Positions 25,713 to 38,900 of a stretch of 64,000 nucleotides of DNA are shown here, piece after piece. Made by a program: the position numbers and the translations under genes. Numbering within the stretch: position 1 is the first letter of the stretch; every line of letters starts with the position of its first letter. The stretch covers positions 18,228,001-18,292,000 of the forward strand of contig OX597818.1 in assembly GCA_951406725.2 (NCBI GenBank), written 5' to 3'. The notes under the pieces were generated by a model that saw only the letters and a program-made list of their open reading frames with translations, made no database searches and was not told where the DNA came from. Origin of the DNA: Octopus vulgaris (taxonomy: Eukaryota).

Positions 25713-26198
25713 AAATTCATATCATAAGCTAAAGACTTTTGCAAAGTGTATGTATGTATGTATGAAAGTATGTATGTATGTATGTATGTATGTATGTATG
25801 TATGTATGTATGTATGTATGTATGTATGTATGTATGTATGTGTGCGTGCACGTGTAATTAATATAGATATAGGTGAGTAAATATATATTGTAGCATGAGT
25901 GACAGAATTGGATTTCTCCATTAAAAGCATTCCGATTTTATTTTTGTTTTACAGCTTTACCAGTCGTGAAGCATGTTACAGTTAATAACATTCCTTTAAA
26001 TTTTACAATAATACAAGGAAGGCTACTACCATCTCCATGTCACATAGCCGGTACCTATTAAATGGGTGCCGTCTTGCAATGACGATTTAGTCGTAATTCC
26101 TTGCACAGGGAAGGCCATGTTGTTTCATAATGAATCACGTTACTATTTTTATGTACAAGAGTCGCAACATATATCTTAACAAAAATTATAAGCACGTA

Positions 26199-26234
<36 letters not shown>

Positions 26235-26409
26235 TAGATATGTTTCGACCAATGATTGGTCCAGGCCCTGTCTAACTTAATAGCACCACCTGATAGGATT
26301 ATTTGAATCCTGTTTAAGTCAAGTTTTGTTTATGGTCCATTCAAGTAGTGAGTTTTTGTTGGGTGAGTTGTATCCAATTATGGGTGGCTTATCTGGTATT
26401 CCTTATATA

Positions 26410-26445
<36 letters not shown>

Positions 26446-26553
26446 TGTATGTATGTATGTATGTATGTATGTATGTATGTGTATGTATGTATGTATGTGT
26501 GTGTGTATGTATGTATGTGTGTATGTATATATATATATATACATACACATGTG

Positions 26554-26614
<61 letters not shown>

Positions 26615-27086
26615 TTATCTATCTATCTGTCTGTCTGTCCTTAATTACTAACTGTCTGGAGAACTGTCTTGGGAAAGTACCTCTGAAACCCTAAGGGCTA
26701 CCGCCGGCGCATTTGGTTGCAGTTCTACAGAACACTTATTCTTACATTCCAGTATGCATTATTAATTATTTCAAAACTAATTCAAATACTCCTTTCATCA
26801 TTTGATATATGCATATTTTCTTTGACATTAGTATGAAAGCACATTTATAAATGAATGGCAGTATAACTTTGTAATAAATATTCATGCCTGTCTATGTCTT
26901 GTATATTTTTATGTTTAAACGTTCAGTTATATACATACATGTACATACACACATATAAACACTTACACACTTGCACTCCTTTCTTTGTTTCCTGTACACA
27001 CACATACTTACATTCTTACACACGCCTATGTGTATAGTACACTAAAGTACTGTTGCTGTATGTCTCTATTTCAGAGATTTAGAACT

Positions 27087-27192
<106 letters not shown>

Positions 27193-27243
27193 GTATATGT
27201 ATATGTATATATGTATATGTATATATATATGTATATATATGTA

Positions 27244-27277
<34 letters not shown>

Positions 27278-27433
27278 CATACACACACACATATACATAT
27301 ACATATATGTATGTACATATATAAATGTCCAGCCCTACACTCTTCGGGTTGACTCCAAATTTTTTCTATTAAGTGTATGCATGTATGTATGTATGTATGT
27401 ATGTGTGTATATATATATAATATATATATGTAT

Positions 27434-27916
27434 GGTCGGTACATCGGCGACTAAATCGGCAACCCCACCAAGCTTTCTTGGTGAGGAGGGTGTTTATTGG
27501 ATGAAAAACAATACCCGTCAAAGGGCGGAGGAACTCTTGAGAGTCAAAGGCCATCCAATAAAAATGTCTTAAGGCTGTATCATGCGCGGGGACATATAAA
27601 TAATCGGACTGAATACCCGATCGCGCGGTTAAACCATTGGGAGTGAAAGACTCCTAGCCTTTGTTAGGGCATCCTTCTAGGAGAAGGTAACTCAGGTAAC
27701 TGGGATAACTCCGTTATAAAACCTGCGGGTCAGTGGTTACCGATGATGTTGACTTGTTCTTCTTTTCGGATTATGGCTGCTGTTGCTTAGTGAGTGGGAT
27801 TGACTCAGTGCACAACCTTTCCTCACTTAAAAAAATCTTCTTGTACAGGCATTGCACGATAACAACATTGATTAAGCTTCGTGCAATGGCCATACTCGAT
27901 AACGAGGGGGCAGCCA

Positions 27917-27920
<4 letters not shown>
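27434..27920 (+). mobile_element. GC-richer, hairpin-dense non-coding insert in (TA)n, similar to an RTE 5'UTR
   Basis: GGGCATCCTTCTAGGAGAAGGTAACTC resembles RTE leader motifs. Several perfect stems; no ORF. Confidence 0.5.
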
Positions 27921-27971
<51 letters not shown>

Positions 27972-28038
27972 TAATAGAAAAAAAAATTGGAGTGAACCGA
28001 GAGTAGTGTTGGACGATATCCTTGTTGCTTATTTTGAA

Positions 28039-28076
<38 letters not shown>

Positions 28077-28261
28077 ATTTAATATACACTATTAGAATGA
28101 GAGCTACTAATACTTTCTTTAATGGATCACTTTATACGAGGGTGAATCAAAAAGTAATGCCATTTTGTTTAACGGGTCATCCCATAAGTTCTGTTCGAAT
28201 TTTGAATAAAGAAAACAAGTGATCAAATGTTATATTTAATTGAAATTTAATCATCAATTGC

Positions 28262-28625
28262 ATTTCTCGTCCTCTTTTATGTTCGATAGTCGAAGTGTTC
28301 ATCAGATAGGTTTCCCCTAATAGTACATTTTACTTGATTCAACTTCACTCTCAAAATAACCTTTGTCACATGACTCATTAGGCTTATCGTTCTGTGATTG
28401 TTGCACTAGATTGTTCCAGACATTTTAGGCAAGGCAATGAAAACTGATTCCAGCATTTCCTCAGGAACATCCCCCGAGTTGTAATCATGGTTCGTTATCT
28501 ATGTTAATTTTTCTGCTCCAAAACTCCCCAAAGCATTTACTAGCTCAAACGTGATATTGTCATTTCCCGTCGCTTTTCCACTTTCCATCTTGTCCATAGC
28601 CGGCTTGATTTCAGCTGCTGTAATC
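28262..28625 (-). mobile_element. RTE-type reverse transcriptase fragment
   Basis: ITAAEIKPAMDKMESGKATGNDNI..SVFIALPK..HRTISLMSHVTKV. Confidence 0.85.
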
Positions 28626-28627
28626 AT

Positions 28628-29898
28628 ATGGACATCCATAGTTACTTCTATAAATTCAACACTTTAAATATGGATCTGAATTTTACGAAAAACTCTGATT
28701 TCTTTCAATCTGATGCTGACATCATTCTTGCTGAACACGAATCACTAATAGATTATGAAAATAAACTCTGGACACGTTCTGAGAGAATAGTTAACTTCGA
28801 TATAATAAAGGGACTCAATGACACCGTTCTGGCCATGGACCCTGTTGGCATACATATTCTTTTCCAAATGGAGTTTTGGTATCCTAAATTAGGGGAAGGT
28901 TTAAATAGGGATGATGCTCTCTTCACTTTAGATAGATATAGCAAAGTGGAACTGGAGAGAAATAGGAAAAAACTGTTTGAATTCATTAAGTTCTTAAAAA
29001 ATTTCGGACTTCCTATCATGATGGAAAGTTGCATTTGTGAGAGATGGATATAGGGGAAAACATTAGATATGCTTAGTAATAGAGTAGAAGGAAATTCTAA
29101 CAATGACAATATGAAGCCATATAATAATAGGTAGAATACGAAACATCGGGTAACTTGAAAGAGCATTACGAACACTACAAATAAAGTGTATACTAAATCC
29201 TCTTTGAACAACAGTAATGATAGTGCTACTTATAAAATTGGGGATAAAACTAATGTATAGAAGGATTCAGTACAATTAAATTGTCGGAGAAATTTAAGCA
29301 ATATGAATGTAAAAGAGAAAATTAAAAGTAAATTAAATGGAAATTTCTATTTGAATGTTTAAATCGTAATGGCTATAATAGTCTCCCTAATATGAAGTCT
29401 GATAGGAGCGGTGTATTGTGGTATAATCCTGCATTGGGATTCCAGGTATCATCTAAATTTGAAATGGTTTTTACAGTGCAGTGGACAAGCATTTCTCAAA
29501 ATCCAATGAATATTACAATATCTTCAACAAACACACGGTAGAACTATCGTATGCATCACCATACAACTCTGAATACTATACTAATAAATTTTATAACTTG
29601 AAACTCAGCCAAGTAAATAATAATATTAACGATAAGTTTGGTAGTAATGAGAATAGAAAAACCAACCCAAGATATTTGAAATTGCTAGGCAATAACAAAG
29701 ACATAAATAATGGGAATTCTAAAAGATATTCGAATGCTAGAAAAGGTAGATATTATAGAATCGTTACTAATAAAATTGATTATATCATGAACCATGAAAA
29801 TATAAATAAACTAAAAAGGAAATGGTGTTATCGAAATTAACAATAACAATAATAGTGTAAGTTATACAGATAATTAGAATAATAATAACGAGAATGGT

Positions 29899-29951
<53 letters not shown>

Positions 29952-30600
29952 GAAGAAGAAGAAGATGAAGAAGAATAGCAACAACAACATCAACAATAAT
30001 AATAGTAATAGCAATAATAATGGTAGTAATAATAGTGGTAATAATAATAACGGTGGCAATAGCAATTATAATGTTAATAATACCAACAACAATAATGATA
30101 ACAATAATACCAATAGTAGTAACTTGGATAATGCGAATAATGACCATATTTATAATAATATGAAAAAAATGTAATTTTAGAAATAGAGCCATATGTTCTG
30201 TAGGAAATGAATGTCATTGTAAACACATTTTATACAGATTCACTGTTCGGACTATAGCAAAAGAATACTTATATTTAGGTGGAACATTTGATATCTTTAA
30301 AAAATCGATGACGCAACCACGTCACGTCATTCAAACATATAAACAAAAGACACAACACATCCCTGGCCTACGTAATCTGGAATCTGACACAAAAAAAAAG
30401 ATTCAGCACTGCATTTCCTGGTTCGTAATAAAAATTGCATGCCCATAGGTTGCAAATTCCAGATTATGCAATCTTTGTTTCGAAGAGACTTTGTGTATAA
30501 TACTATCCAAACAAAGATTAATTACGAAGTATCCGGTGCTTATTTATTAGATGTAACCATAGATTTGGAAAAGCTATCAGGAAATACAGGAAAAATGTTC
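28628..30600 (+). mobile_element. Penelope-like element remnant (eroded RT, Asn-rich linker, GIY-YIG endonuclease)
   Basis: GLNRDDAL..ERNRKKL (cf. GLYRDDGL), VWYNP..VDKHFS..IFNKHTVELSY, (AAT)n expansions, then YLGGT..HVTSFKH..LCNLCFEE. Confidence 0.8.
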
Positions 30601-30818
30601 AATAGAGAATGATTAATTATTTAAGTAGCTTCTAATATCCATCTCGGAAAACTTATAAATGGTATTTCAAAAGTAAGCATCTGGAATATAACATAATAAA
30701 ATACAAACATCTGTGTCGAAGGGATATCCTTCGGTATATATGAACATTTGTCTTTGGTCATGTTCAATGAATACACGTTTCTGCACAACTTTATTATGTA
30801 ATCACATGTTAACGTATG

Positions 30819-30882
<64 letters not shown>

Positions 30883-31074
30883 GAATCACGCTCACAGGCA
30901 TATATATTGGCATGTTTGTGTACCTGCGTACCTGTATTTCTGTATGGGTCTGCGTATATACGTGAATGTATATATATATAAACCACCCTTAGTGGTTAGC
31001 CCCTTTGAAGTGGCAAATATACTTCACATTGTCGAGTAGCTACTGTTTATACCTCGTTCAGAGATTTATTATTG

Positions 31075-31114
<40 letters not shown>

Positions 31115-31351
31115 ATGGATGGATCAAGGCAAAAGAAGAAAGTTAGCTTCAAGCAATGCATAGTAAATATAAAAAACAACTTTCAGATCAAAAGTGGTTT
31201 ACTGAGGCGGAACGTAGTGGATTGTTTTGTATCGAAGTGCGATAATCTGAAAAAAATTCCTTTTATATTTTACGGTAGTCAATCAGTGTTGCCGGGTATA
31301 CCAATAAGAATACAAAAGTTAAAGAATGGAGTATATAAGATCTTGGCAACA

Positions 31352-31646
31352 TATGTTTCATAGCGAGCGGAACCTCGGAATTGGAAAATATTCAAGCGAG
31401 CTGTATACCGTAGGTTACTCGTCAGGCCAAGGGTATCTTGATTAAATGAAAGTTTACATTGTCACAAGAAAGTACACGTTAACACATGGAGGATTCGATC
31501 TTCTATGTGTTAATGTGTACCTCTTTGTGACAATATAAACTTTCATTTAATGAAGATACCCTTAGCTTGGCGAGTAGCCTACGATATACACCTCTCTTGG
31601 ATAATTTCCAATTCCGAGGTCCGCTCGCTATGAAACATACTCAACT

Positions 31647-31727
<81 letters not shown>

Positions 31728-32158
31728 TAAGGTCCTGGTAAAGTATAAAGGCATGATATTTCCAGAGAAAGACACAGTCCGAGTTCTGGCCAATGAATTC
31801 CGTCGGATTCCAGACTAATACCGAAATTATTCAGGTGTAAAACCGTTGTGTGGCTGCGACGAAGAGTAAACCATAATTGAAATAAGAAGAAGATAAAGAA
31901 ATCCTTTAACATATTTTAAATGATTCGTAATAACTGTTTTTGTACCAACTCAATTGCAATGTCAGTTTACGCAAAAATACGAAGTGAAAATTTACGTAAT
32001 GTTTGCAATTTTTGATATTAGAGTGGCACTTCATCAGACTTGCATCAAAGGTACGCTCTTACGTTGTTGAACGTGCTTCATCGGCTTACCACCAGGGACA
32101 TACCCAACACTTAAATATTTCCAATTCCGAGGTCCGCTCGCTATGAAACATACTCAAC

Positions 32159-32231
<73 letters not shown>

Positions 32232-32557
32232 CAACAATTGAGGGTAAAATTAATTAATTATTAATCAATTTCACCAAGTGTTCAGTATGCAAAGGGACCA
32301 TTTAAGGTGAATTCAAATTATTACATTATATAAAAGGCTTAGTAAATAAATTACTTTGCGCATACTGAACTCATTAGAAATAGCAGAAAAACTTTTTAAA
32401 GCTATTTCTAATACTTAAAAAATCTTCCATATAGTTTGTTAATTCAACTCAAAAGTTTGGTAAGGACATTAAAAAATCAATTTTTTAATGTCCTTACCCC
32501 AAACTTTGTAGTTATATATATATATATATAAAATATATATATATATATATATATAGC

Positions 32558-32599
<42 letters not shown>

Positions 32600-32785
32600 A
32601 TATATATATATATAAGGTCCTGGTAAAGTAAAAAGGCATGGTATTTCCAGAGAAATACACAGTCCGAGTACTGGATAATGAATTCCATCAGATTCCAGAC
32701 TAATATCGAAATTCTTCAAGTGCAAAAACCGTTGTGTGGCTGCAACGAAGAGTAAACCATAATTGAAATAAGAAGACAAAGAAAT
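31352..32785 (-). mobile_element. Non-coding pLTR/retrozyme-like element: inverted repeat plus 513-bp tandem unit
   Basis: Palindrome at 31352-31639. Identical 43-mers at 31605-31647 and 32118-32160. About 170-bp repeats at 31731-31902 and 32616-32785. Degenerate hammerhead on the minus strand at 31925-32040. Confidence 0.7.
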
Positions 32786-32814
32786 TTTGTGTGTGTGCGT
32801 GTGTGTGTGTGTGT

Positions 32815-32895
<81 letters not shown>

Positions 32896-33417
32896 CATAC
32901 ACATATATCAATTCATCTGTAGGTGATATTTTTTACTTTAGTTGTTCTAAATTACTTGATATAGATTGAGAGATAGATAGAAACACACACACACACACTT
33001 ATAAATGATAAAAATTGTATTGTAAATAAACAAACGACAGCGAATAAATGTGATTTAAGACGATGGACAAAGAGGCCCTGAGGCCCTGAGGTTACATTTT
33101 GCTCGCTTCTTATTTATTTCGTCTTTGTCCATCGTCTTAAATTACAATTATTCACTTTCGTATGTCCACTATGTATTGATTTGTTTGCCCTCGACACTAT
33201 ATTCTCTGCCACTTTCGCGGGCACCGCCTGTATAAGAAGTTCCCAGTCTTATCATTAATGGCGCGAAACTGAGTAATATCATCTGGTTGATAACTGATGA
33301 AGAATTAGGGATCTTCTGTGTCTGTTTCCCGTCCGGTTGTACACTCAGTATACATTATACGTTATTTACTTGTCGTATGTTTATTTACAACACATTTTTT
33401 TCATTTATTAAATAACA

Positions 33418-33785
33418 GGTGCAGGAGTGGCTGTGTGGTAAGTAGCTTGCTTACCAACCACATGGTTCCGGGTTCAGTCCCATTGCATGGCACCTTGGGC
33501 AAGTGTCTTCTACTATAGCCTTGGGTCGACCAAAGCCTTGTGAGTGGATTTGGTAGATGGAAACTGAAAGAAGCCTGTCGTATATATATATATATATGCG
33601 TGTGTGTATGTTTGACAACCAATGCTGGTGTGTTTACGTCCCCGTAACTTAGCGGTTCGGTAAGAGATACCGATAGAATAAGTACTAGGCTTACAAAGAA
33701 TAACTCCTGGGTCAATTTGCTCAACTAAAGGCGGTGCTCCAGCATGGCCGCAGTCAAATGACTGAAACAAATAAAAGAATAAAAG
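33418..33785 (+). mobile_element. CORE-type SINE family B
   Basis: GCAGGAGTGGCTGTGTGGTAAG head, CCTTGGGCAAGTGTCTT core, internal microsatellite and GACTGAAACAA tail. Further copies or fragments at 24270-24400(-), 34450-34595(-), 37040-37420(-) and 44815-44975(+). Confidence 0.9.
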
Positions 33786-34232
33786 AATGACATAAGAGAA
33801 CGCCACGCTCCTCGGCTTTTATAAACAGTAAATTATATATATACATATATATATATGCATAATCAAATGAGAATTAATCTTTGCGTCTGTGGGCATTCTA
33901 AATCTCTTTAATTAATCTTCTGCTTTATTTATGACTAGAGGTGAAACACATTTTAACAAAAGATAACTCAGTTTTATCTATCTAGAAAAATATATGTGTC
34001 TGTGTGTCCGAGAGAGTAGAAGAACATGATAGATAATTCAGCTAGTAGGTCATACTAAACTAAATGTCGAAACCGTTTGATCATTAACTCTAGATAACAT
34101 ACAGTAATATCAAATTACATTGTAGACTCCGTATTGTGTGTTTAGCCTTTTTAATAACATCAATTAATGGGTAATAATAAACGCATAGTTCTGGAAACAA
34201 AAAAATCTCTTATCCTAAATTATTACGTACAG

Positions 34233-34340
34233 AATTCTGATGAGTCTATAATTTGCAGTGTACTGTTACACAACGTATTGTTACACATATTATATGGCAA
34301 TATACTTCTTACATGGTATTGATGAAACAATTGTAAAATT
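34233..34340 (+). ncRNA. Hammerhead-like motif with long helix II
   Basis: CTGATGA-GTC (34237) ... GAT-GAAAC-AATT-GTA (34321-34335). Helix III ACAATTGT is a perfect palindrome; helix I is imperfect. Confidence 0.5.
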
Positions 34341-34639
34341 ATGTACTAAAACGAATTGCTCGCTGTATTTTCCTTGCTTATACACACACACATATATACG
34401 TGTATATATATTTATATGTATGTATATGTGTGTGTTGTGTTTCTTTTTTCTTTCTTTTACTTGTTTCAGTCATTTGACTGCGCCATGCTGGAGCACTGTC
34501 TTTAGTCGAGCAAATCGACCCCAGGACTTATTCCTTTGTAAGCTTAGTAATTATTCTATCGGTCTCTTTTGCCGAACCGCTAAGTTACGGGGACTTAAAG
34601 ATTTAGCCCCCTTTGAGTCTGACTTACATGATTAGTTGC

Positions 34640-35845
34640 TAAAAGGCACCATTTCCTCTAAATATAACAAAGCTAACGTAGAGTGATACTATGATATCAA
34701 TGATGAAGCTAAATTCCTTACTAAACATAGTAATATCAATTATAGATTAGAATGCTTAGCTAAGAGAGAGGCGTTTATTACTTTAAAAGACCATAATCAC
34801 AATTTTCATGATAATTCTACAAGTAGATCGTTAAACCCAGGGACATCTGAAATTGGGCTAGTAGCTAAAAAAATAGAATTAGGGAAATTACTGGGCTTCA
34901 CCAATGGAATAACAGTTTTACTCAAATACATTGGTTTATGAATATCCAGAATAAGAATAAGGTTAAATTTACCCAGTTTGATATTATAAACTTTTATCCC
35001 CCTCTATATCTAGATCGCTGGTTGATAAAGCAACTGAATTTGCTAAATCATATATTGATATTGACCCAATAGATCTAGATTTTATCAGGCATGCAAAGAA
35101 AACACTATTGTTCAGTAAAGGATTAGCATGGGTAAAAAAGTTGCATAGTGATGAACTATTTGATGTATCTATGGGGTCATATGATAGTGCTGATCATGTG
35201 GGTTTATTTAAATTAAATACATTTAGAAATAATGTAAAGTATAGAAGCCATCTTATCATGGCTAACCACATTGGGGAGGGGGTGTTACTGTAGCTTTATA
35301 GCCCCAAGAGATCTTCGTCTCAAGCTGGCTTTAGACACAATATCAGTGTCCTTGGATTATTTGCAAAGGGAGGCCATCCCTTCCTCGCAAGCCTGAGTGA
35401 TACGCTCGAACTAGTTTCGGGATTGTTGTCCCTCGTCAACGGGCGGTAACCACCAGGTAGCGATGAAAGTGAAGGCTTTTACCGTGACGACGGTTTGGAT
35501 ATTTTCCATGGGTGTGATGGTCAAATCCTCGGTAAATTTAGGAAGCAACTAATTTCTAACTTTAATCAATTAGGAATTAAAATTATAGTAGTTCCTAATC
35601 TCTGTATAGTTGATTATTGAGAGATTTCTCTTGATTTAAACTCCTCGTGTAAACCTTTCCATAAGCTTAATGAGAAACTCACATATATATATAAACAGGC
35701 TTGTCACCCTCCTATAGTATTTAAAAATCTGATAGCTAATATCAGTAACAGAGTGTGTAACTGCTCTTATTCCAAAAATATTTTTGAGAAAGCTGCCCTT
35801 TATTATAACAATAGTGGCTTCAAAGATAAATTAATATATAATGTA
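34640..35845 (+). mobile_element. Penelope-like reverse transcriptase remnant
   Basis: AFITLKDH, LNPGTSEIG, FDIINFYP, FDVSMGSYDSA, GFYRDDGL, HPPIVFKNL. Interrupted by an insert at about 35238-35460. Confidence 0.92.
35403..35445 (-). ncRNA. Minimal type I hammerhead ribozyme motif (C3>U)
   Basis: CGCCCG-TTGACGA-GGGA caacaa TCCC-GAAAC-TA-GTT-CGAGCG. Helix III AACTAGTT is palindromic. Confidence 0.7.
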
Positions 35846-38002
35846 ATATAATACTGAGCGTAGTGTTTTTATATAGTTGTATATATATATATATTTTCTC
35901 TAGTTTCAGTTTAGAGCTGCGGCCATGCTGATGTCCAAAATCACGCAGTAGGGGTGAAAAGAGAGGAAAGAAAATAGTAATTCAGTGGAGGAAAAGTAGT
36001 GAGTGTAATAACCATGACTGAGAGGGAGTGAGAGAAAGTAAAAGAAATGGGCGAGAGGAAATGGCAAAGGGAGTGTCGTGTATTTTCTACTATAATAATC
36101 TTTTATAATAATACTTCGTCACAACATATGAATGAGAAAGGAAGGGGTGATCCACCGATGGAAGTCGGATGGTTAAAAGTCAACGGTGAAACAAAAATCA
36201 AACAGCGCTTCAACTGTGAGTATGTGTGTGTGCGTGCAAACGGGAGGAATGTGAATGTTTGTGCGTGTATGTATGTTTGTGTTTGTGTAAAATATATTTA
36301 TATATTTGAGCGAGTGTATATGTGTTTGTGTACGTTTATTTATGAGTCTATATGACTCGGGAAGGAGCATTACTTACTAGTATATACACATATACACACT
36401 TATATATGTCTATAGGTATACATATACATACGCATACACATGCGCATATATATTCTCGTGAACGTAAAGTTAATAATAAATACTCATTTTCAAATTTGAA
36501 TATAAAGATCTCCTAACCAGTGGTTTTAGACTAAACTTTATACAGAACCATAAACATCCCAGCGTGTACTGAAATGCTGTTTAATTAAAATATCCATTAT
36601 CAGAAGATTTCTTAAATGTATCGTCAATTTGTATTTTATCCAGAGAAAATTTAGATGCCGAATTAGCTAGAATAAATGCAAGTATTGTCAATAACTGCTA
36701 TCCTAACTTATTGACAAATACATCGATTTCTAACGCAGATAAAAGGCCAGAAAATTTATGGGAGGGACTGTCGATTGTATCGATCCTAGCATTTGACTGG
36801 TACTGTTTTATCGACCCTAGATAGATGAAAGCTAAAATGAATATCGATGGGAATTGGACTCTGAATGTTAAAAGACATAACGACTGCAAGCCATTTTGTC
36901 CGTTGCTATATCCATCCTGCCATCTTATAAACAAATATTAGACAGTTCTCATATAAATTGAATAACACACAAGGCACGAAGTGTAATCCGGTCAATGTAA
37001 ATACAGTAACACACGGAATATCTTTTATCGTTATATTTCCTTTACTTGTTTCAGTCATTGCATTGCGGCCATGTTGGAGCACTACTTTCAAGGATCTTAG
37101 TCGAACGGATCGGCTCCAGTGCTTGATTTTTAAGCTTGGTACATATTCTATCAGTTTTCATTCGTCAAACCGCTAAGTTGCACGGGCGTAAAAACCCCGA
37201 ACACCTACTGTCAAACAATGGTGTGGGACAAACACAAACACATACATACACTATATATATGTGTGTGTGTGTGTGCTTACGACAGGAGTCTTTTATTTTC
37301 CGTCTACCGAAACTATTCACAAGGCTTTGATCGGCGCGGAGCTATAGTGGAAGAAACTTTCCCAAGATAGAACCCGGAACCATGTGGTTGGGAAACAAAT
37401 TTTTTACGGTACAATCACGCCATTACAACGCTCAGTTCCACCCTGCTTATAACATAGTTAAAATAAATCTTATAAATGTTCTGAAACAGAAGTTAAACGC
37501 AAGGTCATCCCAAGTTATATACCATAAAAATGAAAATAGTTACTCTTACGAATAGATCTACTGGGATATTATAAATAATTGCCAACGTAGTATTAACTTG
37601 CTTTCCGGACTAAACCAAACATTTCTTTGGGGTAGATGAGCAGGTCAATAATAAAAGAAGACAGACTTTATAGTAGTTTAGTCAAAGAAATTTCCTTCCA
37701 TCAAAATACACACAGACGTGTGTGTGTGTATAAGAGTGCATACATATGTCTCTATGTATTTGTTGGTACTTATATTGGTGCTTTTCTCTCTCTCTCTCTC
37801 TCCCTCTCTCTCTCCCTCTCTCTCTCTCTCCCCCTCTCTCTCTCTCTATATATATATATATGTGTGTGTGTTTATATATATGTATATATATATATATATA
37901 TATGTGTGTGTATGCATGTACGTATGTATACATACCTATATATATATATATATATATATATATAGGTGTGTGTGTGTATGTATGTATGTATGTATGTATA
38001 TA

Positions 38003-38066
<64 letters not shown>

Positions 38067-38379
38067 ATATATATATATATTATAGATATATCTGAAAATG
38101 AGAGAGAGAAAGAAAGGAAGGGGGAATGTGTAAGATTGAATATATAGTTTCATGTTAATTTCACGTATTGCTCACATGTTACAATATATTCACACATCAA
38201 CATACATACACATTCATATGCACACAAACACACACACACATATATCACAAATCTAAAACCACAGAACTTCCTTAATTTTAATAAATATGCAAAATGGCGG
38301 TGCCCCAGCATGGCCACAGCTCGTGAGCTGAAACTAGATAAGTTAAAATATTAAAAAAAAGCACTTTCTAAGCAGCAGA

Positions 38380-38900
38380 AATTATAAAAACGGTTTTCAA
38401 CATACACAGTCTTAAATTAAGCTACGATAAACATGAAGAACATAATATCATATGTATACGTCGTCCAAGAAAATCAGCCCCTCATATATATGCAAAATCG
38501 TTGACACGTGCGTAATGAATAACTTGCTGCAGGATCTAAATGTATGAAGCATAGTATATTCTACAAAACCAAACACCGTACACTATATATAGGAATGACC
38601 GTAGGGAATTTCAAGAAAAGATTACAACTATACGCCGTCATTTAAATATATCATAGAAGGGAATGCGACAATATTAAGAGATTACACCTGCAGACTAAAA
38701 GTACAAATTACCAATTACTACGTCAAATGAAAGATTATTAAAATATCAAGATCCCATCAGAATGGAAAGAAACTGAACTTTGCTGAGCAAAGAAAAACAT
38801 ATATAAACAAAACTCGCATAAGAGCAATCTCTATTAGAACACCAGTGAAGAGAATTGTCATTTTGAGAAGCACCTCTTACGTAACTAAGCTATATCATAT
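38380..38900 (+). mobile_element. Penelope GIY-YIG remnant
   Basis: SIVY..YIGMTVGNFKKRL. Heavily decayed. Confidence 0.6.

Noticed and set aside
29900-30174. Asn-rich prion-like protein ORF
   Set aside because: It is an (AAT)n expansion inside a decayed Penelope element with flanking stops.
33255-33325. GAAACTGAGTA..CTGATGA as a permuted hammerhead
   Set aside because: Helix II cannot pair. At most a relic.
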